Below, piece by piece: positions 50,889 through 64,000 of a stretch of 64,000 nt of DNA. Origin of the DNA: Paludibacteraceae bacterium (GTDB lineage Bacteria; Bacteroidota; Bacteroidia; Bacteroidales; Paludibacteraceae); contig JAFYWK010000008.1 of NCBI GenBank assembly GCA_017558065.1, positions 22,899-86,898 on the forward strand, read 5' to 3'. The translations under genes and the position numbers were made by a program. Positions within the stretch are counted from its first letter, which is position 1; each line of letters begins with the position of its first letter. The notes under the pieces are model-generated. The model was not told where the DNA came from and ran no database searches. It worked only from the letters and a program-made list of their open reading frames with translations.

Positions 50889-53312
50889 TTACTTGATTAC
50901 TTGTCCTTGGGCATTATACATATGCTTACCTTGTATAATCACCAATTGTCCATTGACAATGGCTTTGCGAATATCCATGTTCTCACCTGTGATCTCATCC
51001 ACACCAGCAGGTACACCTTGTGGAGAAACTCCCATACGCTGACGCACGCCTTGTGCAGGTTGTGCAGGATCAAACAAACTCATCTGCGAAAGATCGAAAT
51101 AAGCACGATTTGCACCCACTTTGCTCTGGTTGACTTTACACAACTCATTGTTTAAAAGAATATAGTGGTTCTCATTATCTACTATATTATCTTCCACAAA
51201 CGAACCAATCATACCATTACTACTTCCCGCGGAAGCAGCCACCTCGCCCGTGAGTGCAACTGCAAGCAGATTATCTTTGGCGTAGAATATATATGGCACA
51301 CCAGCTTGCAACGAAGACACTGTTTCAATGACAATGCTTGTTGGAGCACCATCTTTCAGCTCCTTACCAACAACAGTATAGAAATCCGCACCCGAACATG
51401 CCGCAGACGCTTGAGGCAAACAGATAGTGCCGTAGCGATCAGGGGTAACATTGCGAGTGTATATTGGATTCTCATCTGTAATTTCACAACCCCAATATGC
51501 TACGCCCCAAGCATCGGTTCCATAAGCGGCTGATTCTGTGACCTTCACGCATATATCTTTATCTATAGACTCTTTAAAATAGAACACTCGTTGCTTACCA
51601 CTGACTCCGAACCCTGCCGAGTACACATTCTCATCGCTGCTTTGATTGACATTGCTAATGGTCCAAGCCTCAGCTCCAATGTACTCCTCCGTAGTTAAAG
51701 TCCAAATATCAGTAGTTCCAACGCGTGTAAATGGATAAGAGTGTACATGATTGCCACTATAGCCATGCGCTTTTGCGCGACCTACACGCAGATAAGGCTG
51801 CGCCCATTTCGTTTTCGTATTATCAAAATAGATTGTATGCCCTGCTTCTACCGTATGTTCTGGTGCTGGATAATCAAACCACCTTTGGTTCCAATCATCG
51901 TTCTTGGCATGGCTAATGAGTTTTCCATTCCATTCAGAAGCTTGATAATAAGCATCATAATAGATGGCATAGGTCTCTATATATGTAGTCTCTTCATACA
52001 GTTTGAAGTTCATACCATAGACTTGTTCAAATGGAATTTTAATGATTCCCTTGTAAATATGCGAGCCATTTTTAATAGGCGACATTGTCACCTCTTTATT
52101 CAATTGCACAGCAGGTTCATCGGTCCAATTCAACTCCAGATGCACACTTTTTTCGTAGGTCCAACCATTTACCCAATTCAACTCCTCTGGCACCAAATAC
52201 ACCGTGTATTCATGCAGGTCAGAAGTGTTGTTCCAATAGAAATGCGTTCCACTGTTATGAGGTCCATCGGTCAATATAAACCAACGATCTTCGGTCAAAT
52301 CATAACTATACTCATACAAGCGGTTTGCTCCGTCTGGATAAGTGGTAACAGGAGCGGTAGCATCCGCATTGTCTGTGATTGTAAAGTGCGTGTAGTTCTC
52401 ATAATCGGGTGTCTCGCATCTCCACCAATCAGTACCTGCTATCGGTTCAAACGCATGGGTATAGACATGATCTGCGCGACCAATACGCAAATACACATTG
52501 GTCCATGCATTATCGGTATTCTTAAAGTAGATATAATGCCCCGATTCGCTGTCATATGTATTTTTTACGATTAGTTTACTCCTATTTACATCTACAATCA
52601 CCTCATAATCTGTCGCAGCAGCAATATTCGTTACAAATTTTTTATCATCTGCATCCAAAGTTGCAATGTCATATTCCCCAGCACCTGTAATAGGAGTATT
52701 GACAATAGTCGCACCATAACCATCTCCCCAATCCTTCTGATTCAAGAACTTCAATTCGCCTTCTTTCTTCAGGTTTAGTACAGCAGCATACTTTCCACTA
52801 TTTGTGGTTGTTTCTTTCATTTCTATTGCGTTTGATGGAGTCCATCCCGCAGCGGTTGCGTTGCCTATCGCATAGATGGACGCAAGCGGAGAATAAGTTG
52901 CATATCCTTTATCTGCTAACCCCGCACCATCAGCTACTATGATTTGAGGTGCTTCACCCGTCAAATCCACACGCAATGACCAACGACCTGCCGTAACGGA
53001 AAAGGCATTGTCTGGATCTTCATAACTTGTGCGAAGTGCCAAATCCATTGCCCCCGCTGCAAGTGGAGTATTATTCTCTGTGGGACCATAAGAAGGCACC
53101 CAATCTTTTTGGCTAAGAAACTTCAGCGAACCGCCGTTCAAGTTTCCCACCCATTCGTAAACGCCATCGCTCACCCTTTCCATTAATGGAGCAGTTTCCA
53201 AAGACCAACCAGTAGGTGTTGCATCACCAATCAAATAAATCCGTGTAGGATGGGCATTAGACACCACGAAGGGTAAAATTACCAACAAAAAAGATAATAC
53301 GATTTTTTTCAT
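50889..53312 (-). CDS. secreted multi-module glycan-binding protein (SusE/F-like and CBM-like repeats) with T9SS-type tail
   Basis: 807-aa ORF with a signal peptide. Repeated modules GDATPTGW...LKFLSQKDWVPSYG and GNATAAGW...LKFLNQKDWGDGYG. Two HxIYFxNTxxxWxxxYLRxGRA modules resemble starch/glucan-binding CBMs. Tail is ...VNGQLVIIQGKHMYNAQGQVIK. Confidence 0.7.
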   Translation of the reverse strand: MKKIVLSFLLVILPFVVSNAHPTRIYLIGDATPTGWSLETAPLMERVSDGVYEWVGNLNGGSLKFLSQKDWVPSYGPTENNTPLAAGAMDLALRTSYEDPDNAFSVTAGRWSLRVDLTGEAPQIIVADGAGLADKGYATYSPLASIYAIGNATAAGWTPSNAIEMKETTTNSGKYAAVLNLKKEGELKFLNQKDWGDGYGATIVNTPITGAGEYDIATLDADDKKFVTNIAAATDYEVIVDVNRSKLIVKNTYDSESGHYIYFKNTDNAWTNVYLRIGRADHVYTHAFEPIAGTDWWRCETPDYENYTHFTITDNADATAPVTTYPDGANRLYEYSYDLTEDRWFILTDGPHNSGTHFYWNNTSDLHEYTVYLVPEELNWVNGWTYEKSVHLELNWTDEPAVQLNKEVTMSPIKNGSHIYKGIIKIPFEQVYGMNFKLYEETTYIETYAIYYDAYYQASEWNGKLISHAKNDDWNQRWFDYPAPEHTVEAGHTIYFDNTKTKWAQPYLRVGRAKAHGYSGNHVHSYPFTRVGTTDIWTLTTEEYIGAEAWTISNVNQSSDENVYSAGFGVSGKQRVFYFKESIDKDICVKVTESAAYGTDAWGVAYWGCEITDENPIYTRNVTPDRYGTICLPQASAACSGADFYTVVGKELKDGAPTSIVIETVSSLQAGVPYIFYAKDNLLAVALTGEVAASAGSSNGMIGSFVEDNIVDNENHYILLNNELCKVNQSKVGANRAYFDLSQMSLFDPAQPAQGVRQRMGVSPQGVPAGVDEITGENMDIRKAIVNGQLVIIQGKHMYNAQGQVIK

Positions 53313-53341
53313 AATACAAATATTTTAAGAGGTTAATATTC

Positions 53342-57278
<3,937 letters not shown>

Positions 57279-57326
57279 ATTTCGTTGCTTTTTAGATAGA
57301 ATCTTTGATTTCATAACGTGTAGTGC

Positions 57327-58457
57327 TTATTGCTGTTGAAAACTAATGGTTTGTTTATCCGCATGAATATCTATTTGCCAATTACCAGCGACTGGAATCG
57401 CCCATTTATTATCTGGCGTGTTACCTACTATATATGTACCATTCTCAGTGGGTTCACAATTGGCAGTAGGTGCCAACAAGAACTGCCCACTCCAGTCGTG
57501 TACAATCTCCGTGGGGAACTTAATCTCTCCTGCGAATAGTGGTCCGCTGTAGCTGAAATGATTGATGTCTTCAGCATCTTGCACCAATGCAGTCACATTA
57601 TCCCAAGACCAACCGCCTGGTGTAGCATCGCCAATCATGTATATTTCGTAGAAGATTGGTTCTTCAAAATCTCCACCCAAATCCACGACTGTCATGGTCA
57701 GATTATCCACATGGGCTTCAATGCGGTAATTCGATTTTTTAGGTATCCACCATTTACAATCAGGATAGGCTTCTTCTGTTGCACGATACACCATTTTTGT
57801 GGAATCTTCGGCATTGCGCACATAGCATGGCAGCCATTCGCCTGGTTTGAGCAACAACTTGAATTCTCCCCTGCTTAATACGCCTTCATAGGTAAATAGA
57901 CTAGGGTCTTCTGTATCTTGTTTCATGTATTGTGCGCGTTGGGCATCCCAACCATTAGGAGTAGCATTACCTACAAGATACAATTCTTGAGGACGCTCCG
58001 CATACGGCATAACTACCAGAGTGATGATGGGTGACACTTGCACTTCCCCTGTCATCACTATGGTGGCTATCACACGGGCTTGCAAGGTCGTATATGCTTC
58101 CAACTGAAGAGAAGGAAAATAATGCATCAATGTATCTTGCCATTCCGTATGTGAGAAGGATAATGTATGAGATGCTGTTTTGCCCAATACCCAATGAATA
58201 CCATCAGCAAATGCACTATCGCTATCCAGCAAATCTATTTGCAATTCATATGCAATAGCAGAACCCGTACCGTGATTGGTACCGCTGGTCCAAATAAACT
58301 CAACTATCTGACTACTACCCTCTCGTTGATTCAGCACAATAGTATCTGGAGACACCGACAAAGTTAATTCCTCTTCACCCTTATCAAGGTTGATTGAATA
58401 TTCGCAACCTAATAACAGGGTTGCTATACATAAACTGATAAAAAACGATCTTTTCAT
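57327..58457 (-). CDS. SusE/SusF-like surface glycan-binding lipoprotein
   Basis: 376-aa ORF. Lipoprotein signal ...ATLLLGC. Modules GNATPNGW...GEFKLLLKPGEWLPCY and GDATPGGWSWD...GEIKFP. Placed after SusD. Confidence 0.7.
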   Translation of the reverse strand: MKRSFFISLCIATLLLGCEYSINLDKGEEELTLSVSPDTIVLNQREGSSQIVEFIWTSGTNHGTGSAIAYELQIDLLDSDSAFADGIHWVLGKTASHTLSFSHTEWQDTLMHYFPSLQLEAYTTLQARVIATIVMTGEVQVSPIITLVVMPYAERPQELYLVGNATPNGWDAQRAQYMKQDTEDPSLFTYEGVLSRGEFKLLLKPGEWLPCYVRNAEDSTKMVYRATEEAYPDCKWWIPKKSNYRIEAHVDNLTMTVVDLGGDFEEPIFYEIYMIGDATPGGWSWDNVTALVQDAEDINHFSYSGPLFAGEIKFPTEIVHDWSGQFLLAPTANCEPTENGTYIVGNTPDNKWAIPVAGNWQIDIHADKQTISFQQQ

Positions 58458-58458
58458 A

Positions 58459-59967
58459 TTACCATCCTGGATTTTGGGTTAACTTAGGATTTGCCTCTCT
58501 CTCTTGCGTAGGGATAGGCAAGAGCAAGTGTTTGCTGGTTGCAGCAGTCTTACCTATCGAATGTAAGAAATTGAGCGCATAATTATCTTTATAGCGAATC
58601 ATATCGAACCAGCGATGTCCTTCAAAAGCCAACTCCATACGACGCTCATGGATAATCTTCTCTCGCATTTGCATTTGGCTCAAGCCCTCAATAGTTGAGC
58701 GATTGGTCAGTCCTGCACGGCAACGCACCTCATACAAAGGTGCCTCAGCCAAGGTGGTTTGTCCCATTTCGTTGAGCGCTTCCGCTTTCATCAACAGCAC
58801 ATCGGCATAGCGAGTGACTACCCAATTTTGATTAGAGGTATTATAATCAGGTGATTGTGTCTTGGTAAGCAAGAACTTACGCACATTATAACCTGTGGTG
58901 GAATATGCCGAGCTATAGGTCATTCCGTCGAAGGTAGGACAGCCCGTATAGAATATCGTTTTCTCTTTGCGTACATCGCCTGTTTCGTATTGGCTAACAA
59001 ACTCTGCTGTAGGTTGGTTCCAACCATAGCAACCTGCTGCCATACCCGAGTTGCGAGGGCCTGTAAAAGTGGATAACCAGGATGATTGATTCTCATTGGA
59101 CCAGAAGTCATAGTTGGTCTTACCGTAATACTGCACTTCGAAAATAGACTCTACTCCATTTTGCTTCGATGGATTCCAGAGGTCTGCATAATTCGCTTCC
59201 AACTGATACCCCATTTTCCTGATTTCCTCGCACAAATCTACCACCAGTTGATAATGTTCGTAATCCTGATAGTGTGTCAGATACACGCGTGCCAATTCTG
59301 CCATAGCAGCTTCTTTAGTGGCACGACCGATGTGCTCCAATGTATAGGCAGAACGTTTGGGCAATAGGGTGATGGCTTGGTCTAAGTCCTCCACAATTAA
59401 CTCATATACTTCTTCTGCTGAGGCGCGTGGCAAGAGCAAATCGCTATTCGAGTCGGCAGGTTCGGTCTGCAAAGGTACCCCACCAAATAGACGCACCAAA
59501 AGGAAATAGTAGTGAGCACGCAGAAAATGTGCTTCGCCCAAGATACGATTCTTAATAGTTTCATCTATATCCATCGCAGGCACCTTTTGCAGCACAAAAT
59601 TACAGCGTAAGATACCAGGTGAAGGTCCGCGCCATAAATCCAAAGCAGCAAAGTTATCCGCATCGGCAATAAAATTGGCTAAATCCACTGTTTCTTCGCC
59701 ATCTGTTCCACCGCCAGCACCCACCTCGCTATTACCTGCAATAATATCCAATGTCCATATACGCATATTATATAGTTTTGCCCATTGCAGAGGCTGGTAT
59801 GCGGCATTGATAGCGGCCTCGGCATCTGCAAGGGTTTGAAAACCTTGTGATGTATCTACCGAATCATATGGCGAACGATTCAAGAAATCGCAACCAGAAA
59901 GTAGTAGTGTCAATATCAGCACCACATTCAAAGGAAAATATACTATCTTTTTCATCATCATAGCCAA
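58459..59967 (-). CDS. SusD/RagB-family nutrient-binding lipoprotein
   Basis: 502-aa ORF. Signal ...LTLLLSGC. C-terminal motifs FEGHRWFDMIRY and LLPIPTQE are typical of SusD. The start could be the internal MKK at 59955. Confidence 0.85.
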   Translation of the reverse strand: MAMMMKKIVYFPLNVVLILTLLLSGCDFLNRSPYDSVDTSQGFQTLADAEAAINAAYQPLQWAKLYNMRIWTLDIIAGNSEVGAGGGTDGEETVDLANFIADADNFAALDLWRGPSPGILRCNFVLQKVPAMDIDETIKNRILGEAHFLRAHYYFLLVRLFGGVPLQTEPADSNSDLLLPRASAEEVYELIVEDLDQAITLLPKRSAYTLEHIGRATKEAAMAELARVYLTHYQDYEHYQLVVDLCEEIRKMGYQLEANYADLWNPSKQNGVESIFEVQYYGKTNYDFWSNENQSSWLSTFTGPRNSGMAAGCYGWNQPTAEFVSQYETGDVRKEKTIFYTGCPTFDGMTYSSAYSTTGYNVRKFLLTKTQSPDYNTSNQNWVVTRYADVLLMKAEALNEMGQTTLAEAPLYEVRCRAGLTNRSTIEGLSQMQMREKIIHERRMELAFEGHRWFDMIRYKDNYALNFLHSIGKTAATSKHLLLPIPTQEREANPKLTQNPGW

Positions 59968-62940
59968 TTAGAATGTTATATTCAAACCAAAGGTAAAATT
60001 ACGCGTTACTGGATACACATTCGTATCAATACCAGCCCCACCCACTTCAGGGTCAAGACCTGTATAACGAGTTAAAGTAAATAAGTTCTGCCCTGAAAAG
60101 GATAAACGCACTTCGCTCATATGCGCCTTCTCTGTTAAGCGCTTTGGCAAGGTATAGCCCAATGTGATACTCTTGAGACGCAAATAAGAGCCATCCTCTA
60201 AGAAACGATTGCTGACGCGGTTATTCTTATTAGGGTCTGAAAATACGGCACGCGGCATGGTGGTCGATGGGTTAGTAGGCGACCATCTATCCAAGACAGT
60301 AACCAATTGGTTTTGCGCCACAGACATCGCCTCTAGTGCTGCGCGATTACCATTATAAATTTGGTTACCTGCAACACCCTGCAAATAGATTTCCAAATCA
60401 AATCCCTTCCATGCAAAAGCGTTATTCATTGAGAATGTGAATGTTGGCATAGGCGAGCCGAGGATAGTGCGGTCATCATCATTGATAATGCCATCGCTGT
60501 TCAAATCACGAAAACGAATATCTCCAGGTTGGGTAGAGGTAAACTTACTGCTACCCACGGTCTGAATAGCCGAAGCATCTATCTCCTCTTGTGATTGGAA
60601 AATTCCATCCACCACATAACCATAGAACGAACTGAGGGCATATCCTACAGCATGGATATTATTGCCAAAGTACATTGGCACATCCCCGTTCAACGATAAA
60701 ATTCTATTGTGATTATATGCGAAATTCACGGTTGTTGTCCATTGGAAATCCCCTTTGAAGTTGAGTGATTTCAGCGACACCTCCACACCCATATTCTGCA
60801 TCTTACCCGCATTGATATTAGGCACCGCCTCGTCCGAATAACCCGATGTAACAGGCACCGACATGGGGACTAACATGTCATTTGTATTCTTGATATAACC
60901 ATCAATATTGGCAAACAAGCGTTGGTCTAATAACGCCAAGTCCACGCCGACATTATATTGCTCAACTGTCTCCCAACGCACATTGGGATTAGGCAACACC
61001 CAAGGTGCTAAACCTGCTACCTGTTTACCTCCGAAACTATACTGTACCGTTTGCAATTGCGAAGCGTAGGCATAGTTGCCCACAGCAGCTTGATTACCTG
61101 TCAGACCATATCCAGCACGAATCTTCAGATCAGACACCGCGAAAGACTTGTTAAACCACGGTTCCTCGCTCACGCGCCACGCCAATGCCGCAGAAGGGAA
61201 AATGCCCCATCTATTCTGCTTAGCAAAACGACTACTACCATCTGCACGACAGGTGGCAGTAATCAAATAGCGGTTATCGTACCCATACGACACGCGTGCC
61301 ATGAATGAGAGCAATGCCCAATCGGATTTATTGCCTGCAAGAACAGGATCAAGTGTTCCGTTGGAGAGTTGCTGCGCAGACTCACTGATGAAACCTTGGA
61401 TAGAGCCACTCATAAACTCGTAGGTATTCGCCTGCATGGATTCACCAATCATGGCAGTCAAAGCATGTTTCTGCTTGATAGTTTTCATGAAAGTCAATGT
61501 ATTATCCCACAACCATGTCACTGACTTGTCGAATGAACGAAAGGCTTCCGATTCAGGCTGCGCTATAGGTGCCCAATCGTATTGAGGTGTCCACTTATTG
61601 GTATCCCAATACATTACCTGCATACCAAAAGTGGACTTAAAAGTGAGACAATCCAATGGTTTGATCTCCGCATAGATATTTCCCAGCAGATTATATCCGT
61701 TGGTGGTGGACTGATTCTCCATCATCTTACCGATAGGGTTTGCCACATCGCCTACATACATCGCCAAACCTACTGGTCCAGCCCATGTGCCGTCTTCGTT
61801 CTTAATAGCTTGCGTAGGCAAAGCAATCATTGTATTGAGGATATTATAGTCGCCTGACTGCTTCACATCGTGATTCAAGCTCAACTTATGTCCAAAACGT
61901 AGCCATTTTAGCAATTCCGTATCGTGATTAAACTGAATCGTAAGACGCTCATAGGAGGTAGTTTTAACAATACCTTTTTGGTTGAAATACGCACCAGATA
62001 CATAGAAATTAGACTTCTCTGTGCCACCAGAATAATTGAGAGAATAGTTTTGAGTAGGAGCAAACTGATACAACTCTGATGTCCAATCCGTACCCGTACC
62101 TAATAGTAGCGGATCCGTGAAGGCGATATTCTGTGGTTGACCAGCATGGGCCATCATCTCATTGTGCAACGAGGCAAATTGATACGCCTTCAATAGAGGT
62201 AATGTGCGCTGAATTTGGTCAAATCCAAACGAAGCTTTGAGGGCTATGTGTCCCTTCTCCTTCGCTCCCTTTTTCGTTGTAATAATGACAACACCATACG
62301 CACCACGCGAACCATAGATAGCCGTAGCAGAAGCATCTTTGAGCACATCCACCGTAGCCACATCGTCCATATTAATCATATTCAACGGCACATCGGTTGG
62401 TACACCATCTATCACAATCAATGGATTAGAGTTATTGATGCTACCCATACCACGAATAGCCAAACTCACATTGCTACCAGGGGCACCAGAACCCGTTACC
62501 TGCAAACCTGCCGCACGCCCTTCCAACGCAGCGCCTAAAGAAGGCGATGGCAATTTCTGCAACTCTTTTTCGCTCACTTGGGCAATACTACCCGTAAGGT
62601 CGCTCTTCTTCTGCACACCATACCCGACCACAACAACCTCCTCCAGTTGCTCCGTGCTTTCGTGCATCGTAATACGAAGGGCGGAATTATCATTGGCTGT
62701 AACAGAGAGAGCATCATAGCCCATGTAACTGATTTGTAAAATAGCAGGCACCTCAACATCTAACTCAAACTTTCCATCAAAGTCAGTAATCGTGCCCATA
62801 GAGGTACCTTCTAACATTACATTGACACCTATGAGCGGTTCTCCACTCACATCCACAATGACACCATGGACTTGTGCTCTCATGGGAAGAGCACAAGCCA
62901 ATGCAAGCCATAATGCTGTCAGTATAGATTTATGTTTCAT
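59968..62940 (-). CDS. SusC/RagA-family TonB-dependent transporter
   Basis: 990-aa ORF. Carboxypeptidase-regulatory-like N-domain (VHGVIVDVSGEPLIGVNVMLEGTSMGTITDFDGKFEL), plug (LAIRGMGSINNSNPLIVIDGVP), and terminal ...FTFGLNITF. Confidence 0.9.
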   Translation of the reverse strand: MKHKSILTALWLALACALPMRAQVHGVIVDVSGEPLIGVNVMLEGTSMGTITDFDGKFELDVEVPAILQISYMGYDALSVTANDNSALRITMHESTEQLEEVVVVGYGVQKKSDLTGSIAQVSEKELQKLPSPSLGAALEGRAAGLQVTGSGAPGSNVSLAIRGMGSINNSNPLIVIDGVPTDVPLNMINMDDVATVDVLKDASATAIYGSRGAYGVVIITTKKGAKEKGHIALKASFGFDQIQRTLPLLKAYQFASLHNEMMAHAGQPQNIAFTDPLLLGTGTDWTSELYQFAPTQNYSLNYSGGTEKSNFYVSGAYFNQKGIVKTTSYERLTIQFNHDTELLKWLRFGHKLSLNHDVKQSGDYNILNTMIALPTQAIKNEDGTWAGPVGLAMYVGDVANPIGKMMENQSTTNGYNLLGNIYAEIKPLDCLTFKSTFGMQVMYWDTNKWTPQYDWAPIAQPESEAFRSFDKSVTWLWDNTLTFMKTIKQKHALTAMIGESMQANTYEFMSGSIQGFISESAQQLSNGTLDPVLAGNKSDWALLSFMARVSYGYDNRYLITATCRADGSSRFAKQNRWGIFPSAALAWRVSEEPWFNKSFAVSDLKIRAGYGLTGNQAAVGNYAYASQLQTVQYSFGGKQVAGLAPWVLPNPNVRWETVEQYNVGVDLALLDQRLFANIDGYIKNTNDMLVPMSVPVTSGYSDEAVPNINAGKMQNMGVEVSLKSLNFKGDFQWTTTVNFAYNHNRILSLNGDVPMYFGNNIHAVGYALSSFYGYVVDGIFQSQEEIDASAIQTVGSSKFTSTQPGDIRFRDLNSDGIINDDDRTILGSPMPTFTFSMNNAFAWKGFDLEIYLQGVAGNQIYNGNRAALEAMSVAQNQLVTVLDRWSPTNPSTTMPRAVFSDPNKNNRVSNRFLEDGSYLRLKSITLGYTLPKRLTEKAHMSEVRLSFSGQNLFTLTRYTGLDPEVGGAGIDTNVYPVTRNFTFGLNITF

Positions 62941-62945
62941 ATGAC

Positions 62946-64000
62946 TTATTTAACAATAATTTTCTTGGATTGAGTAGCAGACTTAACAATATAAATACCA
63001 GCGGGCAGTTGATTCGTAGAAATTTGCTCATCAGTAACCATACGCAGATTACCCATGATATCGTAAAGCATAATAGCACCATCCGAAGTAACTATTTCAA
63101 GGGCGTTCAACACCTCTACGACTACTGATAATGTCATATCCTTGAGATTGACAGTCATTTGTACCTGCGCATTAGGGACAAAAAACTTATTGTCCTCTTC
63201 CCCAAGCAATGCCAAGTTATATTCACCTGTGGCGTGAATAACAGTATTCGCATGAGTAGCACCATAAGCCAGAGCCAAGAAATCTTTTTCCGCGAAGAAC
63301 TTCAATTCACCCTCTACCAAATTGCCTTGCCATGTGTATATTCCCTCTTCTTGAGGCAGCATTATCTGCGTATTGTCATCCCAACTCCAGCCACCAACAG
63401 CAGGACCTAATATATATAAGGTGTCGGGATATACTACATGGTTGGCTTGTAAGGTAAGTGTACCTGTCACAATATTAACTGATACCACATACTCTGTAGG
63501 TAATGCAGGAGTTACCACAAACTTCAAATCAGTTGAGTCTAACTGCATAAGCGCATACTCACCAGCACCTGTAATAGGCGCATTGGCAACGTTAGCGCCA
63601 TAGCCAGCACCCCAATCTTTTTGGCAGAGGAACTTCAATTCACCAGAACTCAACAATAATGTATCTACATAAACACCAGAATTATCCGCTGTTTCTGCCA
63701 TCGCGATAGCATCAACGGCACTCCAACCCGCTTGTGTAGCATTACCAACAGCATAAATAGTATCTGGATATTCCACATACCATTTATCTTGTAATCCCGT
63801 TCCATCTGAAACGGCTAATTTAGCTATCGTATCGGATATATCAAGAGTAAGAGAATAGCGACCAGCCTTAACCTGAAAGGCGTTATCAGGTTCTTCATAT
63901 GAAGCTCGATAGGTTAGCTCTACAATTCCAAATTCCAGCAAATCGCCATTAGCTTGTGGACCATAAGAAGGCACAAAATCATGCTGAACAACAAACTTGA
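62946..64000 (-). CDS. secreted SusE/F-like multi-repeat glycan-binding protein with classical T9SS C-terminal domain (N-terminus beyond the right edge)
   Basis: The frame is open to base 64000. The track 'M' at 63974 is an internal GTG, and upstream codons read KFVVQHDFVPSYGP. Repeats GNATQAGW...LKFLCQKDWGAGYG. C-terminus ...MLYDIMGNLRMVTDEQISTNQLPAGIYIVKSATQSKKIIVK. Confidence 0.75.
   Translation of the reverse strand, partial: KFVVQHDFVPSYGPQANGDLLEFGIVELTYRASYEEPDNAFQVKAGRYSLTLDISDTIAKLAVSDGTGLQDKWYVEYPDTIYAVGNATQAGWSAVDAIAMAETADNSGVYVDTLLLSSGELKFLCQKDWGAGYGANVANAPITGAGEYALMQLDSTDLKFVVTPALPTEYVVSVNIVTGTLTLQANHVVYPDTLYILGPAVGGWSWDDNTQIMLPQEEGIYTWQGNLVEGELKFFAEKDFLALAYGATHANTVIHATGEYNLALLGEEDNKFFVPNAQVQMTVNLKDMTLSVVVEVLNALEIVTSDGAIMLYDIMGNLRMVTDEQISTNQLPAGIYIVKSATQSKKIIVK

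Overview
This looks like a Bacteroidota chromosome segment, probably Prevotella/Segatella-like. The clues are SusC/SusD loci, T9SS-type C-terminal tails, TAnnTTTG promoter boxes and a Bat aerotolerance operon. I saw no rRNA, CRISPR array, transposase, integrase or prophage genes. All functional calls come from reading motifs and gene order by eye; no database search was run. Layout: (i) 1-16.1 kb is a minus-strand polysaccharide utilization locus (PUL). It holds SusC/SusD, two lipoproteins, a GHL10 protein, an unknown secreted protein and a phosphodiester glycosidase, and the enzymes carry T9SS tails. It lies directly downstream of a MurK-like kinase and murQ, and divergent from long-form nagB. 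(ii) 20-50 kb is a housekeeping block: a tandem-GT2 + DUF4922 pair, YeiH, rhodanese, SpoIID, valS, chorismate mutase, the MoxR-DUF58-BatA..E operon running directly into a divergent uvrA, a PEGA+FGE (C-type-lectin fold) protein, a Kef-type antiporter, an AddB-like PD-(D/E)XK nuclease, uvrB, mltG and tRNA-Ser(GCT). (iii) 50.9-64 kb is a minus-strand dextran-type PUL: SusC/SusD, a SusE/F-like lipoprotein, GH66, GH97 and two T9SS glycan-binding proteins. The most unusual signal is a population of short tandem 'word' repeats with period 7, 8-9 or 10-11 nt. They make up all or part of many intergenic spacers in the 20-50 kb block. The same words also occur in frame inside conserved genes (uvrA, valS, DUF4922 and the antiporter tail), so unrelated proteins share peptides such as RLKVKG. 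Other leads: a PUL physically linked to MurNAc/GlcN catabolism, a CxxC-x5-CxxC insertion in a SusC loop, a DGR-variable-region-like C-terminus on the FGE protein with no reverse transcriptase in view, a hairpin element present twice with compensatory stem changes, and a 46-codon ORF between a PUL and its terminator.
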